Assembly: GCA_003251635.1 (NCBI GenBank)
Contig: QKEW01000012.1
Coordinates: 1-51,332 of the forward strand
Reading direction: 5' to 3'
Source: a bacterium
GTDB taxonomy: Bacteria; Patescibacteriota; Minisyncoccia; Moranbacterales; GWC2-37-73
DNA length: 51,332 nucleotides
Shown: positions 18,266 through 27,611 of the stretch, in pieces
How positions within the stretch are numbered: position 1 is the first letter of the stretch
Layout: each line of letters begins with the position of its first letter
Notes under the pieces: generated by a model
Told to the model about the DNA's origin: nothing
The model's database searches: none
The model's input: only the letters and a program-made list of their open reading frames with translations
Made by a program: the position numbers and the translations under genes

Positions 18266-20128
18266 ATGGAAAAAATAACCGCAAACGAACTCAGACAAAA
18301 ATATTTGGATTTTTTTCAATCCAAAAAACACATCATTATTCCTTCGGCCCCCTTGGTTCCGGAGAATGATCCGACTGTGCTTTTCACGACCGCCGGGATG
18401 CATCCCTTGGTGCCTTTTTTGATGGGCGAAAAACATCCTCAAGGGGATATGTTGGCCAATAGCCAAAAATGTGTTCGAACCGGAGATATAGACGAAGTGG
18501 GGGATAATCGTCATCTGACTTTTTTTGAGATGTTGGGCAACTGGTCTTTGGGCAGTTATTTTAAAAAAGAGGCGATCGAATGGAGTTGGGAATTTCTGAC
18601 TGACGCAGAATGGTTGGGTCTCGATCCAAGTCGGCTTTTTGTTACCGTTTTTGCTGGAGATGAAAATGCGCCACGGGATGATGAATCAATCAAGATTTGG
18701 CAACAACAATTTGAAAAAGTTGGAATTGAGTCCGGAATTTGTGAAAGTGGCTGCGAAGCTCAAGAGGATTCTCGGATATTTTTATTGGGAGCGGAGGATA
18801 ATTGGTGGGGACCAGCTGGAGAGACCGGGCCTTGTGGTCCTTGCACGGAAATGTTTTGGGATACGCGTCCGGAAGAAGGAAAGCTTTCAGGCAGTCATGA
18901 AAAAATGGTGGAAAGTTTTCGCTTGATGGAAATTTGGAACGATGTATTCATGGAGTTTGAAAAAAAATCGGACGGAAGTTTTGAAAAGATGTCTCATCAC
19001 AATGTGGATACTGGCATGGGGCTGGAAAGAACTTTGACCGTTTTATCTGGCAAGGCTAATGTTTTTGAAACCGAACTTTTTGAACCGATCATTGCAAAAA
19101 TTGAAGAAATTTCCGGAGTTAAATATGAGGATCAAAAAAATTCGATGCGAATTGTGGCCGATCATTTGAAAGCGTCCGTTTTCTTGTTGGCCGACGGAAT
19201 CGAGCCGTCCAACACTGAACGGGGCTATGTTTTGCGTCGTTTGATTCGTCGCGCCATTCGCCAAGGTCATCTTTTGGGAATTGATCAGAATTTTATAGCT
19301 GAAGTGGCCAAGATTGTGCAAGAAATGTATGGAGGAATTTATCCGGAAGTTTTAGATCCGAAAATTTCAATCAATTTGACTCAGGAAGAGGAGAAATTTA
19401 GGAAGACACTTGAAAGAGGATTAAAAAGAATGGAAGCTATATTTTTTCAAGATTCTAATGAAGTAAAAAGCTCTCAGGATTCATCAAGACTTCTTGATTA
19501 TTCTCATGCTTTTGATTTGTATCAAAATTATGGATTTCCATTAGAAATGTTTTTGGAAGAACTAAAAAAGACAGGATTAGAATATTCCGAGAAAGATTTG
19601 ATTAGAGAATTCAACGAAGAATTAAAAAAACACCAGGACCTCTCTCGCACAGCTTCGGCCGGCATGTTCAAGGGTGGATTGGCCGACAACAAGGAAGAAA
19701 CTACTCAATTGCATACTGTGGCTCATTTGATGTTGGCAGGGCTCAGAAAAACTTTAGGTGGAGATGTCCACCAAAAAGGTTCCAACATCAATGGTGAAAG
19801 ACTGCGTTTCGATTTTTCTTATGGTGAAAAAATGACCGAGCAACAAAAAAAGGCAGTTGAGGATTTTGTTAATCAGGCGATCAGTGCTAAAGTCCCAGTT
19901 GAAATGAATGAGATGACTTTGGAGGAGGCCAGGGAAAGTGGAGCAGAAGGAGTTTTTGACAATAAATATGGCGAAAAGGTCAAAGTCTATGAAATTCCCG
20001 GATTTTCCAAGGAAATCTGCGGGGGTCCGCACGTGAAAAATACCGGCGAAATTGCAAAGGTCTTCAAAATCAAGAAAGAAGAGTCTTCTGGGGCTGGGGT
20101 GCGAAGAATCAAGGCTGTTTTGGAATAA
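18266..20128 (+). CDS. alaS: Alanine--tRNA ligase (short form, no C-Ala domain)
   Basis: DPTVLFTTAGM, HLTFFEMLGNWS, GPCGPC, DTGMGLER, editing-domain HTVAH and CGGPH; ends GVRRIKAVLE. Confidence 0.97.
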   Translation: MEKITANELRQKYLDFFQSKKHIIIPSAPLVPENDPTVLFTTAGMHPLVPFLMGEKHPQGDMLANSQKCVRTGDIDEVGDNRHLTFFEMLGNWSLGSYFKKEAIEWSWEFLTDAEWLGLDPSRLFVTVFAGDENAPRDDESIKIWQQQFEKVGIESGICESGCEAQEDSRIFLLGAEDNWWGPAGETGPCGPCTEMFWDTRPEEGKLSGSHEKMVESFRLMEIWNDVFMEFEKKSDGSFEKMSHHNVDTGMGLERTLTVLSGKANVFETELFEPIIAKIEEISGVKYEDQKNSMRIVADHLKASVFLLADGIEPSNTERGYVLRRLIRRAIRQGHLLGIDQNFIAEVAKIVQEMYGGIYPEVLDPKISINLTQEEEKFRKTLERGLKRMEAIFFQDSNEVKSSQDSSRLLDYSHAFDLYQNYGFPLEMFLEELKKTGLEYSEKDLIREFNEELKKHQDLSRTASAGMFKGGLADNKEETTQLHTVAHLMLAGLRKTLGGDVHQKGSNINGERLRFDFSYGEKMTEQQKKAVEDFVNQAISAKVPVEMNEMTLEEARESGAEGVFDNKYGEKVKVYEIPGFSKEICGGPHVKNTGEIAKVFKIKKEESSGAGVRRIKAVLE

Positions 20129-20142
20129 AATCAGTTCATGGA

Positions 20143-20171
20143 TTGACAAAGTCGGGCCTTTTGGGTATATT
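20143..20171 (+). promoter_or_regulatory. Sigma70 promoter for rplU
   Basis: TTGACA-17 bp-TATATT. Confidence 0.7.
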
Positions 20172-20209
20172 GGACAAGTGAATAAATTATTAGCTTTAAG
20201 ATAAAAATC

Positions 20210-20518
20210 ATGTTAGCGATTATTAAAACCGGCGGCAAGCAATACAAGGTCAGCGAAGGGGATAAGATAAAAATTGAAAAGATTGAGGGTGAAAAAGGCA
20301 CCAAGGTGACTTTTGATGAAGTGCTGTTTGTTGGAGATGAAAAAGAGGTAAAAATTGGCGAACCGCTTCTTAAGGGTGCTAAAGTTGAAGCAACTATTGT
20401 GGAACAAGGACGTCACAAAAAAGTTTGGGGAATTAAGCACAAAGCTAAGAAGCGCTACAAAGTTAAATTTGGTCACAAACAACTTTTCACTCAAGTGGAA
20501 ATCAATAAAATTGCCTAA
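20210..20518 (+). CDS. rplU: 50S ribosomal protein L21
   Basis: MLAIIKTGGKQYKV...GHKQLFTQVEI. Confidence 0.97.
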   Translation: MLAIIKTGGKQYKVSEGDKIKIEKIEGEKGTKVTFDEVLFVGDEKEVKIGEPLLKGAKVEATIVEQGRHKKVWGIKHKAKKRYKVKFGHKQLFTQVEINKIA

Positions 20519-20537
20519 GTTAAAAAATACTTTTGAT

Positions 20538-20574
20538 AAATAAAAATACCAGCCTCGAGCTGGTATTTTTATTT
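20538..20574. terminator. Bidirectional intrinsic terminator
   Basis: Perfect AAATAAAAATACCAGC / GCTGGTATTTTTATTT repeat between convergent genes. Confidence 0.85.
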
Positions 20575-20591
20575 CTTTCAGGAAGTGTTGG

Positions 20592-20900
20592 CTAATTTGA
20601 TTCTTTCCGTTTTCTTATTATTTCTAGAGCAATTTCCAGAATTGTAGCTGTATCATAATCATCACATAAAGGCTTTAATTGTTCTTCGCTAACATTAGTA
20701 ATATCTATCTCTGGGTGTTTGTCTACAATTTCTCTTGCAACATCAACCATGGGAGCATCCTCAACTATTTTCTTGGCTTGTTCTTTGGCGATAGCTCTTC
20801 TTTCTGGAAAAGAAAGATTTTTTTCTGGAAAAGCTTGATTTTCAATGGCATCTTTTCTTGCAAAATTTCCACTTATAAACTCATTTCTACCTTTGTACAT
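20592..20900 (-). CDS. Hypothetical protein
   Basis: 102-aa ORF downstream of recR on the same strand. Confidence 0.6.
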   Translation of the reverse strand: MYKGRNEFISGNFARKDAIENQAFPEKNLSFPERRAIAKEQAKKIVEDAPMVDVAREIVDKHPEIDITNVSEEQLKPLCDDYDTATILEIALEIIRKRKESN

Positions 20901-20929
20901 ATTTATATTAATAAATGATTATATTTCAA

Positions 20930-21517
20930 TTATACCAACTCTTTGCGATTTGTTAAAGCTTCGCTAAGAGTCAATTCGTCAGCGTATTCCAAATCGGCGC
21001 CAGTAGAAAGACCGCGACCAAGGCGAGTTATTTTCACGCCTAGCGGATGTATCTTTCTTTTGAGATAGAGGGCAGTCATGTCGCCTTCGGTAGTTGGATT
21101 GGTGGCTAAGATGACCTCAGTAATTTTTTCTTCGCCGATTCTTTTTAATAAATCTGGAATTTTAAGGGTCGCATCTTTTTCGCTAGCCGTGATTACTCCA
21201 CCCAAAACATGATAGAGTCCCTGATAGACATGGGTTCTTTCGATGGAAATAATGTCCAGTGGATCCTCAACTACGCAGATGGTTTTGTGATCACGGCGGG
21301 AATTGGCACAAATTTGGCACAATTCATTTTCAGCAATGTTGTGACATTGGCGGCAAAAGCGCAAATTTTTAATGGCCAGCAAATTATCAGCAAATTCTTG
21401 AATTTCATCCAAGTTTTTTTTAAACAAAAATAAAACTAATCGTTCGGCGTGCTTGGGGCCAATAGAAGGGAGATCGGAAAAATTTTTGATCAGCTTTTGA
21501 AAAGATTTTGGATACAT
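20930..21517 (-). CDS. recR: Recombination mediator RecR
   Basis: LPSIGPKHAERL, C4 zinc finger, ICVVE, YHVLGG, ATNPTTEGD and LEYAD motifs. Confidence 0.97.
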   Translation of the reverse strand: MYPKSFQKLIKNFSDLPSIGPKHAERLVLFLFKKNLDEIQEFADNLLAIKNLRFCRQCHNIAENELCQICANSRRDHKTICVVEDPLDIISIERTHVYQGLYHVLGGVITASEKDATLKIPDLLKRIGEEKITEVILATNPTTEGDMTALYLKRKIHPLGVKITRLGRGLSTGADLEYADELTLSEALTNRKELV

Positions 21518-21531
21518 GAAGTTTTTTTAAT

Positions 21532-22947
21532 TTATTCAATTTCGGTGTGAATTTTCTCCAAATTGCGAAAACTGGCGCTGGCTTGATCGAAAAAGCAGCT
21601 GACTTCACCGACTGGACCGTTACGGTGCTTGGCCACGATGACTTTGACGATTCCTTTATTAGGAGTGTCGGGCTTTTCCCGATCTTCTCGATAGAGGAAA
21701 AGAACCACGTCAGCGTCCTGCTCGATCGAACCGGATTCACGTAAGTCGGAAAGTTTTGGAATTTGGGGTGAACGTGATTCAACGGCACGAGAAAGCTGGG
21801 AGAGGGCGATTACCGGAACATCAAGTTCGCGAGCCAGTTGCTTGAGGGCACGGGAAATTTCGGAAATTTCCTGAACACGGTTGTCACCGCCGCGACCTTC
21901 CATCAACTGCAAGTAGTCGATGATGATTAAGCCGATTTTGTGTTCGGCTTGCAATCTTCGAGCCATGGTGCGCATTTCCATGATGTTGGCTGAAGCGGTG
22001 TCGTCGATGAAAATCGGGGCTTCGCTCATGATACCCATGGCATCGCCGATTTTTTGAAAATCGTTGTCGTCCCCGTCGCTTTTGAGCCGTCCGGTTCTAA
22101 GTCTCCACAAATCAACCTTGGCTTCAGCGGCCAGCATACGATCCACCAACTGATCGGAGGACATTTCCAGGGAAAACATGGCTACGGCGACTTTCTCGCG
22201 AACAGCGGCGTGACGGGCGATGTCCAAGGCAAAAGAGGTCTTACCGACCGAAGGCCGAGCAGCCAAAATTACCAGGTCAGATTTTTGGAGGCCCGCCAAG
22301 ATTCCATCCAAATCATAGAAACCGGTTGGGATTCCTCGAAATTTATCGCCGTTTTTGTGAAGTTCGTCAATTCGATTGAAAGCGGCTTCCAAAATTGAGC
22401 GGATCGGAACAAAATCCTGTTTGATATATTTTTGGGAAACTTGAAAGATTTTCTGTTCGGCTTCGTCCAAGATTTTTTCAATATCTTCACCTTCTTGGAA
22501 GCCCAATTCCAAAACTTCCGAAGCGGCATTGATCAGACGGCGGAGCAGGGCTTTTTTCTGAACGACTTTGGCATAGTGAACCACATGGGAGGCAGAGGGG
22601 ACACTGCTAACAATCGAAGCCAAATAACTGGAGCCGCCAATTGAATCAAGCAAGTTTTTTTCCTCCAATCTGTTGGAGATGCTCAAAACATCCAAAGGCT
22701 CACGGTCTTCATAGAGTCCCAAGATCGCTTCATAAATTTCATTGTGAGCGTCTTTGTAGAAATCGCCGACTTTCAAAAGGTCGGCTACTTTGATGATGGC
22801 ATCTTTGTCGAGCATCAAAGAACCCAAAACTGATTGCTCGGCTTCCAAATTGTGGGGTGGCACGCGCAGATCGGTCGAAGTCGGTTTGGGTTCCTCGGTC
22901 TTTTTTTCGGTTTTGAAATTTTTATTTTTCTTGGAAAAAGTTGCCAT
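21532..22947 (-). CDS. dnaB: Replicative DNA helicase
   Basis: PPHNLEAEQSVLG, AARPSVGKT, FSLEM, IDYLQLM, LSQLSR, DLRESGSIEQDAD and KHRNG motifs. Confidence 0.98.
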   Translation of the reverse strand: MATFSKKNKNFKTEKKTEEPKPTSTDLRVPPHNLEAEQSVLGSLMLDKDAIIKVADLLKVGDFYKDAHNEIYEAILGLYEDREPLDVLSISNRLEEKNLLDSIGGSSYLASIVSSVPSASHVVHYAKVVQKKALLRRLINAASEVLELGFQEGEDIEKILDEAEQKIFQVSQKYIKQDFVPIRSILEAAFNRIDELHKNGDKFRGIPTGFYDLDGILAGLQKSDLVILAARPSVGKTSFALDIARHAAVREKVAVAMFSLEMSSDQLVDRMLAAEAKVDLWRLRTGRLKSDGDDNDFQKIGDAMGIMSEAPIFIDDTASANIMEMRTMARRLQAEHKIGLIIIDYLQLMEGRGGDNRVQEISEISRALKQLARELDVPVIALSQLSRAVESRSPQIPKLSDLRESGSIEQDADVVLFLYREDREKPDTPNKGIVKVIVAKHRNGPVGEVSCFFDQASASFRNLEKIHTEIE

Positions 22948-23093
22948 AAATCTGAAAAAATGAGAATGTTTTTAAAGTCTGGTTAATTATAGCAATATCT
23001 TAAGGTCCAATCAACTGCCAGTTTTGCACCGATTTTTAACAAATTATCCAAGGAATCGAAAATTTCGAGGCTCATTCGAGCCATTTTTCGACC

Positions 23094-23122
23094 TTGACAA
23101 ATTTTTTATTTTAGGCTAAAAT
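23094..23122 (+). promoter_or_regulatory. Sigma70 promoter of the LPxTG-sortase operon
   Basis: TTGACA-17 bp-TAAAAT. Confidence 0.75.
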
Positions 23123-23159
23123 ATGGAGTCAATTTTTAATTAATTATTTTTTCAATTTT

Positions 23160-23855
23160 ATGAAAAAAAGAGATGTAATTTATGTGGCTATGGCCTTGGT
23201 GATGGTCTTCTGGACTGTTTCCGGAGTGCGATCAGCCAAGAAGGTTTTGGCGGATGTTAGTGTTGATATTGACGTGGAAAATGAAAACACAAACGTTAAT
23301 ACAAACACTAATGTAAATAAAGTTTCTGCTACAGCAGATGCAAGTGCTACTGCTAAAGCAGACGCTGAAGCTGAAGCTGAGGCTAATCCAGGAACTGCAA
23401 AAGCCAGTACTGGAACTGAGACTGGAACAACCGCTGGAACTTCAACTAGTGTTTCTTCTAGTTCAACTTCTAATGGAGAGAAATCAAGTGTTTCTATCTC
23501 ACAAACTGATTTTGAAAGTGAATATAGTTCAGACAGTGATAGCTCTTCCAGTGAATCTGATTCTAGTTCAAGTTCCGAATCTTCATCTTCTTCTAGTTCT
23601 AGTTCAGAATCAACCTCATCTTCTTCCAGCTCATCTAGTTCTTCTAGTGAGGTAAGTGTTGAAGTGGATGTTGACGAAGACGATGAAGACGACGATGATG
23701 ACGATGACGACGACGATGATCACCACCACAAAGATAAAAAAGACAAAAAAGAAACCAAGAAATTGCCAGCGACTGGTAGCGGAGCTGCAGCTATGGCAGG
23801 TTTCTCAATCTTTTCTTCAATTGCTGCCTATTTCGGAACCAAGCGTTATTTCTAA
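23160..23855 (+). CDS. Secreted low-complexity (Ser-rich, poly-Asp) protein with LPxTG sorting signal
   Basis: N-terminal signal peptide; C-terminal LPATG, hydrophobic stretch and KRYF tail. Confidence 0.85.
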   Translation: MKKRDVIYVAMALVMVFWTVSGVRSAKKVLADVSVDIDVENENTNVNTNTNVNKVSATADASATAKADAEAEAEANPGTAKASTGTETGTTAGTSTSVSSSSTSNGEKSSVSISQTDFESEYSSDSDSSSSESDSSSSSESSSSSSSSSESTSSSSSSSSSSSEVSVEVDVDEDDEDDDDDDDDDDDHHHKDKKDKKETKKLPATGSGAAAMAGFSIFSSIAAYFGTKRYF

Positions 23856-23901
23856 CAGCGCGGGGCAGTTAGAGAAAACTAAGATTTTATAAACAATCAA
23901 A

Positions 23902-24759
23902 ATGGAAATCTTATTGAAAAATAAAAATAAAGCAAAAAAGGCCGCAGTTTTCTTCGGCCTTTTTTTGGCAACCCTGGGAGCAATCTTTTTGTTAGTTAAT
24001 TGGAATTTGGACTATGATCAAAAAGAGACTACTCAGGAAAGCATCTTGGAAAGTCTCAATAGTCAGGAAAAAATTTGGGATAATTTGAGTCTAACCCAAG
24101 AGCAAATTGATGATTTTTCCAAATGGGCCGAAGGCTATGAATTGACGGAAAAAACTGAGACTGCTTTGAAAAATGGAGACGTTGATCAGGACGGACTTTC
24201 CAACTATTTGGAATTTGTCCACCTGACTAATCCTCGAAATCCTGATACGGATGGAGATGGCTATAGTGATCAGCAGGAGATTATCAATGGCTATGATCCG
24301 GATGCGCCAGGAGACACCAAACCTCAAGTCGAAATTGAGATTGCCAAAATCGCTGTGACAGCCCCGATGGTTTGGTCGCAAAGTACCGAAGAAAAAGCCA
24401 TGTTGGCGGATCTGGAGAATGGCCTGAGTCACTATCCAAAAACCGCTTCACCCGGCCAAATCGGTAATGCGGTAATTTCCGGACATTCCAGTAACTATAT
24501 TTGGGCCAAGGGGGAGTATAATCACATCTTCAGTCGCTTGAATGATTTGGCAGTTGGCGATGAAATCAAGGTAAAATTCACCCAAAACAACGGCCGAGTT
24601 TTCAGCTATAAATTTCAAGTTAGCGAAAAGTTTGTTTCCACGGCGGATGACGAGCGGATTTTTGCCGAAACTGACAGTCCAACCTTGACTCTGACGACTT
24701 GTTGGCCAATCGGAACGAATTTGAAAAGAGCTATCATAAAAGCCCAATTGGTGAAATAG
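23902..24759 (+). CDS. Sortase with DxDxDG Ca-binding repeats
   Basis: N-terminal TM; DVDQDG and DTDGDG repeats; GNAVISGH (His), TLTTC (Cys) and NLKR (Arg) catalytic triad. Confidence 0.9.
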   Translation: MEILLKNKNKAKKAAVFFGLFLATLGAIFLLVNWNLDYDQKETTQESILESLNSQEKIWDNLSLTQEQIDDFSKWAEGYELTEKTETALKNGDVDQDGLSNYLEFVHLTNPRNPDTDGDGYSDQQEIINGYDPDAPGDTKPQVEIEIAKIAVTAPMVWSQSTEEKAMLADLENGLSHYPKTASPGQIGNAVISGHSSNYIWAKGEYNHIFSRLNDLAVGDEIKVKFTQNNGRVFSYKFQVSEKFVSTADDERIFAETDSPTLTLTTCWPIGTNLKRAIIKAQLVK

Positions 24760-24780
24760 CGCCTTTTTTAGGCGCTATTT
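24754..24780. terminator. Stem-loop after the sortase gene
   Basis: Perfect AAATAGCGCCT / AGGCGCTATTT repeat. Confidence 0.75.
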
Positions 24781-24809
24781 TAGCCAAAAATGGACACACG
24801 TCAAAAGCC

Positions 24810-24838
24810 TTGACAAAATGTTTATTTTATGCTAAGAT
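24810..24838 (+). promoter_or_regulatory. Sigma70 promoter with extended -10
   Basis: TTGACA-17 bp-TAAGAT preceded by TGn. Confidence 0.8.
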
Positions 24839-24841
24839 GTT

Positions 24842-24968
24842 AAGTTATTTGAGATAAGCTATGTTCGAGTCGAAGCTTTTCCCTCAAAAGAAAAACTTCG
24901 TTAAAATATAGGTTTCAAATTCTTTGAAAAACAATCTCGTTTGAAAAACTTGTTTTTCGTACGCGATT
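24842..24968 (+). promoter_or_regulatory. Structured leader: hairpin, boxA-like TTCTTTGAAAA (24920-24930), then CUUG-loop hairpin
   Basis: Stem 24848-24919 (TTTGAGAT/GTTTCAAA, CTATGTT/AATATAG, CGAAG/CTTCG). The boxA resembles the Bacillus rrn boxA GTTCTTTGAAAA. Confidence 0.6.
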
Positions 24969-25026
24969 TATATATAAAACGTCTTTATTATCCAATAACA
25001 CAAAACAGGACGAAGGGAGATCAATC

Positions 25027-26394
25027 ATGAAAAAGTTTCTAGTTTATCTGTTGGTTGTTGTGTTAGTTCTGCCCAGCTTTGCTTGGGCGGGGAACGTAGA
25101 AGTTGAAGGCGATGGAAACGCCCTTGGCGTTAACATTGCCAGCGATAATAACAACCGTAACGAAAACAACCTAACGGGAATCAACACCCTTACGGGTACT
25201 GCTACGGGTACGGGTACTGCTACTGCTGGCTCCGATGCCCAAGCGGCTTCAGCCTCAGGTGCCAGTTCAACCTTAGTGAACGAAAACTTGCGCCCCTTTA
25301 CAGAGCTTCAGTATGGGACAAATTTTGTTAACCAAGGCAAGGTAACCAAACATGAAAATCTCTGGGAAATTTATATTCCAGAGCTGTATCGCCAGGGGAT
25401 TTCTTTCGAGGAAGCAAGGAATATGCGGAGCAGATTTAAGTTCTGGCATATATTTACTCCCTGGAAGTGGTTTGAGACTAAGGTCAATATAACCAAGCAT
25501 ATGGATGATGGGTTCGATAGAGAAGTTAGCGCGGCCTATCCAATGACTTATGATCCTGAAAAACATGCTATGCGTGGGGATAAAACAATTATTTCTGGGT
25601 TTGTTCCTGGAAAAGAAAAGTGGCATAACGACAGTTTCTTTGGGGAAGTTTCCTATCAGTGCATGAAAAAAGGTTCTCAGCGGTTCGTTGTCTTAAAAGA
25701 GGAAAGGGAGAACACTATTTCGGATGGTTTTTCTATTAGTCCTGGTGGTTCATCTAGCGCTGTCAATAGCGCTGGGGACAGGGCAGTGGCAGTTGCTGCT
25801 GGTGGTCAAGTTGGAAAAATAGTTACCAGCAGCGAAGAATATACGAATATGAAGTTTCGTTGCATGAACGACGGACCTTTGAATTATTCCGAGCAGGTAG
25901 TGGTCCGGCAGAAAGCCACTCCTCCGGTTGTTCAGCAACCCGAGGCGAAATGTGGTACCGAAAAGGACCTGGCTGATTTAGCTAAGGTCCAAGCTAAGAT
26001 AGACACGTGTTATCCTTATTGTGAAAACAATATGGAAAAACGCTTGGAGGCAGGGAAACTTGCTCTTCAAATCTCTCTCTGCACCGGTAACCTGGCCTAT
26101 TTGGAAGATGCAATTCAGCACTTTCAGATGGCGGAATTGAATTATCACCATGGTGTCAACACCAGAAGTGATAAATCTATCGCCCTCATCGGCGAGGTTG
26201 AATATTGGTTGGCTAGTGCCTTTTTCGAAAGGGACAAGTCAATCTCGGCGTTTTGGATCGCTCCGGAAAAGGTGAGACATGAGAACAAAAAAACCAAGGC
26301 GCATGAGTGGACAAAGACCACTCTGGAGGAGCGCAATGCCATAGAGCAGATGCGCCTAAAACTGGAAAAGTATTCCCAAAGTCTGAAGCCTTAG
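25027..26394 (+). CDS. Secreted hypothetical protein (Asn/Thr/Gly/Ala-rich N-terminus, Cys-containing helical C-terminus)
   Basis: Signal peptide ending AWA; SD AAGGGAG; 455 aa. Confidence 0.8.
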   Translation: MKKFLVYLLVVVLVLPSFAWAGNVEVEGDGNALGVNIASDNNNRNENNLTGINTLTGTATGTGTATAGSDAQAASASGASSTLVNENLRPFTELQYGTNFVNQGKVTKHENLWEIYIPELYRQGISFEEARNMRSRFKFWHIFTPWKWFETKVNITKHMDDGFDREVSAAYPMTYDPEKHAMRGDKTIISGFVPGKEKWHNDSFFGEVSYQCMKKGSQRFVVLKEERENTISDGFSISPGGSSSAVNSAGDRAVAVAAGGQVGKIVTSSEEYTNMKFRCMNDGPLNYSEQVVVRQKATPPVVQQPEAKCGTEKDLADLAKVQAKIDTCYPYCENNMEKRLEAGKLALQISLCTGNLAYLEDAIQHFQMAELNYHHGVNTRSDKSIALIGEVEYWLASAFFERDKSISAFWIAPEKVRHENKKTKAHEWTKTTLEERNAIEQMRLKLEKYSQSLKP

Positions 26395-26406
26395 GAGGTT
26401 TACATC

Positions 26407-27252
26407 ATGAAAAAAATATTACTTTTAACGGCAATTTTTTTTCTTGGGCTAAGCGTGGAAGTATTGGCGCTTAGCTCGGAAGAGGATGTGACGCTTCATG
26501 GCAATGGATCCGATGAAGCTATCATTGCGCAAGCCCAAAGTCGTCAGGTTACCATTGACAATTTTGACGAAGCAATAAGGCGGTCGACCGAGCGATCTTT
26601 GCAGATTGCTCAGGAGGCTGTCAGTGCTTCAAAAAAAGCTGCTGCTGCTGCCAATATGGCAAACAAAGCAGCTAACAAAAATGCAGCACTGGTAACTGAG
26701 TACAGGACCGACAGAGGAAAATTGGTGACAAACATTGAAGCCAATACCAATGCTATGGATGGCCTCAAAACCTCCATCAGCACCCTGGAAACCTCCATCG
26801 GTGGTCTCGAAAACTCCACTTTTCGGTGGGGTATCGGCATCGTTTGCGTTCTTGCTTTTATTTCTGCCGGATTGGCTTTTCTTTACCGAAAAGCCAATCA
26901 CATTGAGGCGAAAATCGATGCGATGCCAGGCGAAATAATCACTGACGTTGCTGCCATAATGGGAACGAACTCTGTTCCTATTAAAGTTGGCAATTTAGGT
27001 GTTTTTGATTATTATTTTGAAAGAAGGGAAGAGGGTGATGGTGACATTTTCGTCACCCTAAAGGTGGATGAAAAAAATCCTTCACAAGGGGTTTACCTGA
27101 CCAGGGATATGAAAACCTTGATCAGGGATGCCAAAACCGTACTACGGCGCCATTTCCTTAGCCATCAATACGATGGCGAGGGAGAATTCAATGCCGCTCA
27201 GCGAGCGGTTATCGAGGGAGCCATTTCAAATGGTACTCTCAAAGAAAGATGA
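26407..27252 (+). CDS. Single-pass membrane protein with extracellular coiled coil
   Basis: Signal peptide, Ala-rich coiled coil, TM WGIGIVCVLAFISAGLAFLY and cytoplasmic domain; SD AGGAGGT. Confidence 0.8.
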   Translation: MKKILLLTAIFFLGLSVEVLALSSEEDVTLHGNGSDEAIIAQAQSRQVTIDNFDEAIRRSTERSLQIAQEAVSASKKAAAAANMANKAANKNAALVTEYRTDRGKLVTNIEANTNAMDGLKTSISTLETSIGGLENSTFRWGIGIVCVLAFISAGLAFLYRKANHIEAKIDAMPGEIITDVAAIMGTNSVPIKVGNLGVFDYYFERREEGDGDIFVTLKVDEKNPSQGVYLTRDMKTLIRDAKTVLRRHFLSHQYDGEGEFNAAQRAVIEGAISNGTLKER

Positions 27253-27267
27253 TGCTAACCTTTTTCC

Positions 27268-27564
27268 TGGGAGCCCGTATTCTAAAGGGTGCGGGCTCCC
27301 ACCCAGTAGCTCGAAACAGAGATTATCTGAGTGAGATCTCTGGGCTCAACCACTTTGCTGTTTGCGGGTGGTGATGATTTTCCTGATTGGGAATCATCAA
27401 TTGCGATATATCTTATTCATGAATTGGTAAGATATATCCGAGTGTAGTACTCAAGGCGTTTTATCCGAATTTGAAAAAAAGCTTCCAGGCTTGAGAGTCT
27501 CAATTGACACTCGCCGGAAGTGAACCTATATAAAAGACCTGATCCAAATGGAGAGGGTCTTTTA
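27268..27564 (+). ncRNA. Candidate structured RNA (serial hairpins ending in a terminator-like stem)
   Basis: About eight abutting stems whose wobble pairs work as G-U only on the + strand; no credible ORF. Confidence 0.55.
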
Positions 27565-27611
27565 AAATTGTTTGAAAATTGAACTTTTAATCTTATTTTA
27601 TTCAATTTTAT

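Noticed and set aside
23056-23091. Imperfect hairpin upstream of the -35 box
   Set aside because: Short, imperfect and outside the predicted transcript; could be an operator but is unsupported.
23560-23720. DNA-level microsatellite
   Set aside because: The Ser and Asp runs use mixed synonymous codons, so this is protein-level low complexity.
27302-27346. tRNA-like start CCCAGTAGCTC
   Set aside because: No D-loop GG, no TTCGA T-loop and no cloverleaf.
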